Source: an uncultured Clostridia bacterium (GTDB lineage Bacteria > Bacillota > Clostridia > TANB77 > CAG-465). Taken from it: 62,095 nucleotides of DNA. This document shows positions 1-7,532 of the stretch, one piece after another (position 1 is the stretch's first letter; every line of letters begins with the position of its first letter). The notes below the pieces were generated by a model. That model was given only the letters and a program-made list of their open reading frames with translations. It ran no database searches and was not told the DNA's origin. Position numbers and translations under genes: made by a program. The DNA lies in NCBI GenBank assembly GCA_934162655.1, contig CAKPJL010000005.1:1-62095 (forward strand), given 5' to 3'.

Positions 1-18
1 TAATTAGGAGGTCTACAA

Positions 19-528
19 ATGTATAATAGTATTGGTAAACGAGATATATTAATTTTCCCTAAATTTGATAATATGAATATAATTGATGGAATTAGAAATA
101 AATACGATAGATTAGCAAATTTAGTAGAGCCACATATAACTCTAGCTTTTCCTTTTAAGGATAAAATAAGCAACAATGATTTAATTAATAAATTATCATC
201 GTTACTAAAAAATTACCATCCTTTTGATGTTACTTTTAAAGGAGTTTCTTTATCTGATGATAATTATATTTTATTAAATTGTATAAAAGGAGATAAAGAA
301 ATCTTAAAATTACACGATGATATATATATGGGAATAATCCCCCATCATTTAAGAAAATCAATACAGTACATTCCACATATAACGCTTGGTCAAGCTGATA
401 ATTTAGAAGATTTTCCTAGTTTCAATCATGAATTCATCACTACAATTGATGAAGTTTCTATTGAATTTATAGGTGAAAATGAAGAATCTATTATTATTAA
501 AAATATAAAATTAGGAGAAATATCATGA
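19..528 (+). CDS. 2H phosphoesterase superfamily protein (LigT / 2'-5' RNA ligase-like)
   Basis: AGGAGG RBS before the ATG. Twin HxT motifs (EPHITLAFPF and IPHITLGQ). Stop overlaps the next start (ATGA). Confidence 0.75.
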   Translation: MYNSIGKRDILIFPKFDNMNIIDGIRNKYDRLANLVEPHITLAFPFKDKISNNDLINKLSSLLKNYHPFDVTFKGVSLSDDNYILLNCIKGDKEILKLHDDIYMGIIPHHLRKSIQYIPHITLGQADNLEDFPSFNHEFITTIDEVSIEFIGENEESIIIKNIKLGEIS

Positions 529-1277
529 ATAATTTAGAATATTTAAATAAAATTTTGGAAATTAAAATAGATAGACCTCTAGGTAGTAAACATCCTAAGC
601 ATGGTTTTATTTATCCTGTAAATTATGGATATATTCCAAATACAATAAGTGGAGATGGTGAAGAATTAGATGCTTATGTTCTAGGAGCTTATGAACAATT
701 AGAAACTTTTACTGGGAAATGTATTGCAATAATTCACAGAACTAATGATAATGATGACAAACTAGTTATTGTGCCAGAAAGTAAAACATTTACTAACGAA
801 GAAATTAAAGTATTAACTGATTTTCAAGAACAATATTTTAAAAATATCATTTTAAGACCTGATAATTATATAAATTGGAATGAAAATATTCCTGAGTTAT
901 CTGTAACTAATTTAGAAAACAGCTTAAACTTTTATAAAACTGCCGGATTTAAAATAGAATATGATAGACCAGAAAATAATTTTGCATTTATTTCTTTAGG
1001 CAATATTCAATTTATGTTACAAGAGCTATCTGATAATGATAAGTGGAATGTAGGAGAATTAAAATATCCTTTCGGTAATGGAATAAACTTTCAATTAGAA
1101 GTTGAAAATGTTAATGAAATATATAATAATTTTAAAAGTAATAGTTATACAATAACTTTCGACATTGAAGAAAATTGGTATAGACAAGACGATAAAATGT
1201 TAGGAAATAAAGAATTTTTAATACAAGATCCTGATGGGTATTTACTAAGATTTATGCAAGATTTAGGTAAAAAATAA
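525..1277 (+). CDS. Fusion protein: inorganic-pyrophosphatase-like N-domain plus VOC/glyoxalase-like C-domain (copy A, intact)
   Basis: N-terminal KHPKHGFIYPVNYGYIPNT..DGEELDAYVLG resembles the family-I PPase core. The C-terminal half resembles the glyoxalase/bleomycin-resistance fold. Translationally coupled to the upstream ORF. Confidence 0.65.
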   Translation: MNNLEYLNKILEIKIDRPLGSKHPKHGFIYPVNYGYIPNTISGDGEELDAYVLGAYEQLETFTGKCIAIIHRTNDNDDKLVIVPESKTFTNEEIKVLTDFQEQYFKNIILRPDNYINWNENIPELSVTNLENSLNFYKTAGFKIEYDRPENNFAFISLGNIQFMLQELSDNDKWNVGELKYPFGNGINFQLEVENVNEIYNNFKSNSYTITFDIEENWYRQDDKMLGNKEFLIQDPDGYLLRFMQDLGKK

Positions 1278-1413
1278 GCATAAAAAAACAAATAAATTGT
1301 ATACAGTAAATATATGAAAATATATGAAAAAATAATCTAAACAATTTATTAAGGATATAAAACTGGTAAGAAAAGTTATGATGAATTTGATGAATGGTTA
1401 GATAGTAAAAATT

Positions 1414-1437
1414 AAAGAGCATTTTATCTTGCTCTTT
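1414..1437. terminator. Bidirectional hairpin between convergent genes
   Basis: AAAGAGC (1414-1420) pairs with GCTCTTT (1431-1437). A/T runs lie on both sides. Confidence 0.5.
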
Positions 1438-1448
1438 AATTTTTGCTT

Positions 1449-3686
1449 TTATTCAAATCTAATATCTTCTTCTGATTTATTGTAAATTTCCAACTTATTA
1501 TCTATTTCTATTTTTTCAGCCAACCAATGATTTAAAAAACATCTCTGTATAAATTCATCTATCCTATTTTGTCCATTAATTTCTTTTAATGTTACAACTA
1601 GTCCATATTTTATTTTATCTCTATTGTTTCTATTATTAAATCGATATGTTCTTATTAATTTTATACCCCATAATTTATTTTTATATGATTTTCTCTCTCC
1701 GTTTTGCATACTATATTTCTCTTTTATACATTTAGAATTATCCCATTTTCTAAATTCGTTTCTAGATCTTTTTTCGTTAACATATGTTCCGATTTCTCCT
1801 TGTCCATCATTATTTATAGGTTTAATTCCTTCTTCATTTTTTAGCCTACCTATTTTTAAGTCTATCTCTTCATTTGTATAATCAACACCTTGTTCTCTAC
1901 TACATGTTGTAAAATAACACATTGTAGCTTTAACTATGAATGGATATTTATCATCATGAATTGGTATTGGTAATGTATAGTTATAGGTCTCATATTTTTC
2001 AACATACCCAGACATAACAAACCTAATCTCATCATTTTTAGATTTTATTATATCATTAATATCTATTGGTACTACCCCATGTCCTATCAGTTCTATTTCT
2101 TCCTCTTTATATTTATTTCCCCACTTTTCAGCTGAATCTATTATAAGTGCTTTTGCTTCTTCTCTTGAAAATCCTAATATATGTATCAAATATGCCACCT
2201 TTCTTGCAATCCAAGGCGCAGCAAAAGAAGTACCAGACTCAAGATATTCTACATTATTAGCTCCAACTGTATTTATACATTCATTAATAGAAGTAGAATC
2301 ACCGCCATAATAACTCACATCTGGTTTTATATAAAATGATAATACTGGTCCTTTTCTTGAATAAGTAGTAGGTTTATCTAAGCTATTAACTGAATTTACA
2401 ACTAACGCATTTACAGAATCAGCTGGCGAAGCAATTTTTAAACTGTTTTTTGTGTTCTTTCTGTCATTTGTTCCTGCTATTATAAAAATAACATCATTGT
2501 CAGTCTGTATTTTATCAAGTAAATATGCAATTGGCGAAATAAAATTCTCTTCAATTTCAACATTAGCACCTAAAGACAAATTCCATACTTTTATGTCTCT
2601 ATTTTCAATAACAATATCATTAATTTGTTTAATAATATTAAATGCACTAAATCCATAATGTAATGCAACTCCAAAATGTCTTACTTTAAATCTCCCACAA
2701 TTATCATTTAATTTTGGATTTAATGCTGGACCATCCACTATTATTGATGATACTTTTGTTCCATGTTGATAATTTAATATATTTTCAACGTCCGGTAAAT
2801 TATCATCTAACATATTTTTTGATTTTACCCATTTTGAAAAATATGTTTTATCATCAAATAATGTATCTATTACTCCAATGGTTGGTTCATTGCTTGGATC
2901 TGGAATCAGCCTTCCGAATTTATTATCGTTTATTATAACATCTTCTTTGTTAATTGTCGAAAAATCTTTTACTGTCATTGATATTAGATATGGAGCTTTA
3001 GATTTAATTAAATCTATTTCATCTTTTTCTAATAAAACTGTGTTATTCTCAAATATTCTATTTCCAACTATATTAATATTTAAACTTTTTAATAATTTAA
3101 TTGTCTCTGTTCTTGTATCAAATAACGATACTATACTTCGTTCATTATAACTTCTACCGTTGTTGTCTAATCCTAAATACTCAATATAAAATGAATCTAC
3201 GACTAAATTTTTGAATCTACTACAACTCATTTCATATTTTTCCGGAAAATTTTCAGCATTTATTTTATCAATTTCTTCAAATGATAATTTTCCTTTATAT
3301 TCTTGGTTTAATATTTTTATTGCTTTATTTAGTTCCTCTATTGAATTAGTAATAGTTTCTTTTTTTACATAATGAGTAATAACATGTTTTTTATCATTTG
3401 TATATCTAGCTCCTACAACAGATTCATTTGGTGGATTTCCAGTTTCATATAATATACCTGCAATTCTATTTGTTTTTGAAATCATACGATTATAATGGAC
3501 ACTTATTAATGCCCCCTCAAAATAGTTTTGTGTTGCCCAAAATTTTGCTAACTCTTGTAATTCATTAACTCTTGCAAGTAAAGTTTCAACTGAAACTGTT
3601 CCATTAGATGAAATATTTCTACTTCCAATATTTCTATCAAAGTTTTTACTTTGAAATTGACCCTTTAATCTTAAAATACTATTCAT
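1449..3686 (-). CDS. S8 (subtilisin-like) serine peptidase with large N- and C-terminal extra domains; IetS-like
   Basis: Catalytic triad motifs in D-H-S order: GVIDTLFD, HGTKVSSII, SGTSFAAPW. ATG at 3686 is preferred over GTG at 3692 because AAGGAG lies 5 nt upstream. Confidence 0.85.
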   Translation of the reverse strand: MNSILRLKGQFQSKNFDRNIGSRNISSNGTVSVETLLARVNELQELAKFWATQNYFEGALISVHYNRMISKTNRIAGILYETGNPPNESVVGARYTNDKKHVITHYVKKETITNSIEELNKAIKILNQEYKGKLSFEEIDKINAENFPEKYEMSCSRFKNLVVDSFYIEYLGLDNNGRSYNERSIVSLFDTRTETIKLLKSLNINIVGNRIFENNTVLLEKDEIDLIKSKAPYLISMTVKDFSTINKEDVIINDNKFGRLIPDPSNEPTIGVIDTLFDDKTYFSKWVKSKNMLDDNLPDVENILNYQHGTKVSSIIVDGPALNPKLNDNCGRFKVRHFGVALHYGFSAFNIIKQINDIVIENRDIKVWNLSLGANVEIEENFISPIAYLLDKIQTDNDVIFIIAGTNDRKNTKNSLKIASPADSVNALVVNSVNSLDKPTTYSRKGPVLSFYIKPDVSYYGGDSTSINECINTVGANNVEYLESGTSFAAPWIARKVAYLIHILGFSREEAKALIIDSAEKWGNKYKEEEIELIGHGVVPIDINDIIKSKNDEIRFVMSGYVEKYETYNYTLPIPIHDDKYPFIVKATMCYFTTCSREQGVDYTNEEIDLKIGRLKNEEGIKPINNDGQGEIGTYVNEKRSRNEFRKWDNSKCIKEKYSMQNGERKSYKNKLWGIKLIRTYRFNNRNNRDKIKYGLVVTLKEINGQNRIDEFIQRCFLNHWLAEKIEIDNKLEIYNKSEEDIRFE

Positions 3687-3712
3687 TTCCACTCCTTAAT
3701 TTATTTGCTACA

Positions 3713-4726
3713 TTACTTTTTGAAACTCCTGTCAAAATTTCTATTTCTCTTACAGTAAAACCGCTCTTTTTTTAATTCTTCCAACTTCATATCTTCATCA
3801 TTTGCTCTAATAGAATAAAATAGCCTTTTTAAATAGTCATAAGGTTTTGATATATCACTAAATGCAATAGAAGTTTTAATTATATTTTTAAGTTCTCCAG
3901 GATATGGAATATTTTTAGATAAATTTAATATTTTATAAAACAATCTCTTGTTTTTTCTAAGATTAGGATAATTTGATAAGTATTTATCTAACATAAATTC
4001 TGAAATCTTTATTAAATCTTCCCTTTCATATTTATTGAAAGAAATAACGGTATCAAATCTTCTTGATAAAGCTTTATCTATAGATTTATATAAATTTGTA
4101 GTTGCTATTAATACTACATTCTTATTTAAATTATCTAATTCTTTTATTATTGATGATGTGACTCTTCCCATTTCTCTTAAATCATTTGAATTTATTCTAT
4201 CTAGTGCAATAGCATCAATTTCATCAAAAAGAATTAATGCTTTTTTAGGATTTGGTAAAGAATTTATTTCTTCAAATAGTTCTTTTATATTTTTTGAAGT
4301 TTGTCCTAATTTACTATCAATTACATAATTAAATTCTACTGAAAATAAGTCTCTATCCAATATTCGAGCGATTTGTTTTACTGTTTCAGTTTTTCCTGTT
4401 CCTGGCGCTCCTTCAAAAAGAAATTTATTCATTTTTAAATTTCCATTAATAGCATTTATAATTCCTATAGTTTCTTCTTCTAATTTTTCTGGCAAAAACA
4501 AACTATCATTTGTAATAATAACTTTTTCAAGAAAGTTTGTATTGTATCCAAATTCTTGTGGTAAGAGTACATTAGTATTAGATACTAATCCTAATATATA
4601 CTCTGATAATTGATAATCTCCATCTTTTTCAAATTCTCGAGCAATTGTTCCTGCTTGCTTGATGAAACCATCATTATCATTTTCAAAATGTAATTTTATT
4701 AAATTTAAAACATCTTTTTTTTTCAT
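3713..4726 (-). CDS. Classical AAA+ ATPase; IetA-like; C-terminus apparently frameshifted
   Basis: Walker A is GAPGTGKT and Walker B is LILFDEIDA. Sensor is ATTN and the Arg finger region is SRRFD. The last ~17 codons look like out-of-frame reading after an A7 run (3767-3773). Confidence 0.85.
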   Translation of the reverse strand: MKKKDVLNLIKLHFENDNDGFIKQAGTIAREFEKDGDYQLSEYILGLVSNTNVLLPQEFGYNTNFLEKVIITNDSLFLPEKLEEETIGIINAINGNLKMNKFLFEGAPGTGKTETVKQIARILDRDLFSVEFNYVIDSKLGQTSKNIKELFEEINSLPNPKKALILFDEIDAIALDRINSNDLREMGRVTSSIIKELDNLNKNVVLIATTNLYKSIDKALSRRFDTVISFNKYEREDLIKISEFMLDKYLSNYPNLRKNKRLFYKILNLSKNIPYPGELKNIIKTSIAFSDISKPYDYLKRLFYSIRANDEDMKLEELKKERFYCKRNRNFDRSFKK

Positions 4727-4805
4727 ACGTAAACCTCCTATTACATACTATCATTCATGTGGACAAAAATCAATATAATTGGACAAAGTTTTTTACATTT
4801 TTCTA

Positions 4806-4834
4806 TTGTTTTTTGTTAACTGCTATGTTACAAT
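4806..4834 (+). promoter_or_regulatory. Candidate sigma-A promoter for the integrase
   Basis: TTGTTT (4806-4811), 17-nt spacer, then TACAAT (4829-4834) preceded by TGT. It is embedded in a 9-bp inverted repeat, TTGTTAACT (4813-4821) and AGTTAACAA (4841-4849). Confidence 0.35.
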
Positions 4835-4899
4835 ATCAATAGTTAACAATTGTATTCTCCCCACCCATTAAGTAACTCGAAAGGAGGTGAAACAGAGTA

Positions 4900-6087
4900 A
4901 TGGCCGGGAGTATTGAAAAAAGAGGAAAAGATAGTTACAGGCTAATAGTTTGTCATGGTTTTAATTTAGATGGAAAGCCTATACGTCATACAAAAACTAT
5001 TCATGGAACTAAAGCACAAGCTAAAATTGAACTTGCAAAGTTTGTTGCTGAAGTAGAACAAGGTACAGTTATTGAAGGTAAATCAATAACATTTAAAGAG
5101 TTTACTGAAATTTGGAAAAGAGATTATGGCTCTAAAGAATTAGCACCTTCTACTTATAGAAGATATTTAGGAATGTTAGAATCTAGAATCCTACCTTATC
5201 TTGGACATTTTAAACTAGATAAGATCAAACCAACTGATATAATGAAGTTCCATGATATGTTGGATAAAGATACTCAAATAAGACGTATTAAATGTAACAA
5301 TGGCTATAGAACATTAAAACCTTTATCTCAAAAAACTATATTAGAACACCATAGACTAATTAGAGCCATGCTACACAAAGCAGTATATTGGCAATTATTA
5401 TTTACTAATCCATGTGAAAGAGTTCAAGCACCTAGAAGTAGAAAAGCAAAAAGAAAATATTATGATGATAAACAATGCAAAGTTCTTCTTTCAAACCTTA
5501 ATAAATTGTCTACAGATAACATTAAGTATAAAACAGCAATAACTTTAACATTGTTTACTGGAGTAAGGCTTGGTGAACTTATGGGATTAGAATGGTCTGA
5601 CATTGATTTCACAAACGGAATTGTTAGTATTAATAAATCAAGTCAATATTTATCTGATAAAGGTGTCTTTACAAAAACACCTAAAACAGAAAGTTCAATA
5701 AGAGATGTTGCAATTCCAGATTTTGTTGTTTCTTTGCTTGAAGAATATAAATCATGGTATGAAGATCAAAAATCAATTTACAACGAATTATGGATTAATT
5801 CAGATAGGTTATTTGTTCAGTCAGATGGTAAGCCTATGCACCCATCTACTATTAGTAAATGGTTTGTTAAGTTTGTTAAAGAAATTGGTCTACCTGTAAT
5901 TAATTTTCACGGTTTAAGGCATACAAATGCTACTTTGCTAATATCGCAAAATATAGATGTAGCAGTTGTTGCTGCAAGACTAGGTCATGCACAAATTACT
6001 ACAACATTTAATTTTTATGTGCATCCTATCATTTCCCACAATAAGAGTGCAGGAAATGTATTACAAAATTTATTAATACCAAACTAA
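4900..6087 (+). CDS. Tyrosine recombinase / phage-type integrase
   Basis: GGAGGTG RBS. Catalytic signature: GVRLGEL (Arg), HGLRHTNATL (H-x-x-R), LGHAQITTTFNFYVH (Tyr). The N-terminal arm-binding-like domain resembles Tn916-family integrases. Confidence 0.9.
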   Translation: MAGSIEKRGKDSYRLIVCHGFNLDGKPIRHTKTIHGTKAQAKIELAKFVAEVEQGTVIEGKSITFKEFTEIWKRDYGSKELAPSTYRRYLGMLESRILPYLGHFKLDKIKPTDIMKFHDMLDKDTQIRRIKCNNGYRTLKPLSQKTILEHHRLIRAMLHKAVYWQLLFTNPCERVQAPRSRKAKRKYYDDKQCKVLLSNLNKLSTDNIKYKTAITLTLFTGVRLGELMGLEWSDIDFTNGIVSINKSSQYLSDKGVFTKTPKTESSIRDVAIPDFVVSLLEEYKSWYEDQKSIYNELWINSDRLFVQSDGKPMHPSTISKWFVKFVKEIGLPVINFHGLRHTNATLLISQNIDVAVVAARLGHAQITTTFNFYVHPIISHNKSAGNVLQNLLIPN

Positions 6088-6325
6088 AACTACTTTTTTC
6101 AATAAATCACAAAATTACTTTGTCGGAAGAAAATCAGTAAAAAGCAATTTACAAATTCCCATGTTTTTTACTGATATATATAGTCTTTTGAGGAATAAAA
6201 AAGTTAAAATACTTCCCAATTATTCCCCAATTTGACATAAGAGTGCTATTTAAAAGCATTATCGCAACCATTCTAAATGCATAAAAAAATACCCACAGTC
6301 ATTGAAACTGTAAGTATTTATTCTT

Positions 6326-6370
6326 TGGTTGCGGGGGATAGACTCGAACTATCGACCTTCGGGTTATGAG
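6326..6370 (-). other. tRNA-Met/fMet (CAT) 3' half remnant (att-like relic)
   Basis: The reverse complement reads CTCATAACCCGAAGGTCGATAGTTCGAGTCTATCCCCCGCAACCA. This gives the anticodon loop, 3' anticodon stem, variable region, T arm and acceptor 3' strand plus CCA. The 5' half is absent. Confidence 0.7.
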
Positions 6371-7073
6371 ACCTATGGGTAACAAACATCCAAAGCATGG
6401 ATTTATTTATCCAATAAATTATGGTTATGTATCTAATACAGTAAGTGGTGATGGTGAAGAATTAGATGCTTATGTTTTAGGAGTTTATGAACCATTAGAT
6501 ACTTTTACTGGAAAATGTATTGCAATAATTCATAGAACAAATGATAATGATGATAAATTAATTATTGTTCCTGAAAATAAAACATTTACCAATGAAGAAA
6601 TTAAGGTTTTGACTGATTTTCAAGAACAGTATTTTAAAAGTACAATTTTAAGACCTAATGATTATATAAATTGGAATGAAAATATTCCTGAGTTATCAGT
6701 AACCAATTTAGAAAACAGCTTAAACTTTTATAAAACTGCCGGATTTGAAGTAAAATATAATAGACCAGAAGATAAATTTGCATTCATAACTTTAAACAAT
6801 ATTCAATTTATGTTACAAGAGTTATCTGATACTGATAAATAGAATGTTGGAGAATTAAAATATCCTTTCGGTAATGGAATCAATTTTCAATTAGAAGTCG
6901 AGGATGTTGATAAAATATATAATAATTTTAAAAATAACAATTACGCAATAACTTTTGATATTGAAGAAAATTGGTATAGGCAAGATAATAAAATGTTAGT
7001 AAATAAAGAATTTTTAATACAAGACCCTGATGGATACTTATTAAGATTTATGCAAGATTTAGGAGAAAAATAA
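6369..7073 (+). pseudogene. 5'-truncated, nonsense-interrupted copy B of the PPase-like/VOC fusion gene
   Basis: Collinear with codons ~22-250 of 525..1277, about 85 percent aa identity by hand alignment. TAG at 6840-6842 replaces the TGG at 1044-1046 of copy A. The reading frame otherwise continues to TAA at 7071-7073. Confidence 0.8.
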
Positions 7074-7105
7074 GTATTAAGTGCTTATTTTTTATTGATA
7101 TCAAA

Positions 7106-7140
7106 AAAACACCATATAAAAAAACTTTATATGGTGTTTT
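7106..7140. terminator. Strong bidirectional terminator
   Basis: 15-bp stem: AAAACACCATATAAA pairs with TTTATATGGTGTTTT. The loop is 5 nt and the hairpin is flanked by A and T runs. Confidence 0.6.
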
Positions 7141-7149
7141 ATATTAGAG

Positions 7150-7410
7150 TCAAAACAAGGCTTTTAAAACTTCCCTTTTGACATCTAATACTATGCCGAA
7201 ATCCATAAAGGAAAACTTCTTTCCTTTAAGCTTGCTTTCAAGATGATTCCGCATTATTTCAGTAACATCTTTTGATGTAACCGAACGAATAATTGGAAGT
7301 AAATCGAGCTGGTATTTTTCGCCGTTAGAATCCATAAATTCTGCCAGATAACACATTTTGCCCGTATTTTCTTTTATCCATTTGCATTCTTTAAGTGTTA
7401 ATTCTTTCAT
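7150..7410 (-). CDS. Hypothetical small protein (86 aa)
   Basis: GGAGGAG RBS. Isolated between two terminators. G+C is visibly higher than the neighbours. No motif recognised. Confidence 0.5.
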   Translation of the reverse strand: MKELTLKECKWIKENTGKMCYLAEFMDSNGEKYQLDLLPIIRSVTSKDVTEIMRNHLESKLKGKKFSFMDFGIVLDVKREVLKALF

Positions 7411-7532
7411 TACTTTCTCCTCCTAAATTTTTACTTGGATTTTTTAAAATATGAATCATTATATCATATTTTATGTAATCTTTCAATAGTTATTACAAAA
7501 TAAGAGCCTATTTTTTAAAAATAGACTCTTTT

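Larger units (their letters stand above)
1449..6370. mobile_element. Degenerate integrative island: S8 protease, AAA+ ATPase, tyrosine integrase, tRNA-Met 3' remnant
   Basis: An integrase plus a tRNA half-site lie at one end. The cargo is flanked by two diverged copies of the same gene. No excisionase ORF was found. Boundaries are approximate. Confidence 0.5.

Noticed and set aside
1311-1416. Perfect 10-bp tandem duplication (TATATGAAAA x2, 1311-1330) and a short open stretch ending ...SYDEFDEWLDSKN-stop (about 1356-1416). Considered as the left att site or a gene remnant.
   Set aside because: No matching repeat exists at the other island end, and the open stretch is only about 20 codons after a stop. 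That is too little to support a call.
4727-6325. Searched both integrase flanks for an excisionase or small HTH gene.
   Set aside because: Only RBS-less ORFs shorter than 25 codons are present, so no excisionase call can be supported. This fits a degenerate, probably immobile island.
6366-6842. 158-aa ORF presented as a gene starting at ATG 6366.
   Set aside because: The ATG is the complement of the CAT anticodon of a tRNA fragment and has no RBS. The ORF is the 5'-truncated, nonsense-terminated copy of the 525..1277 gene, so it is called a pseudogene instead.
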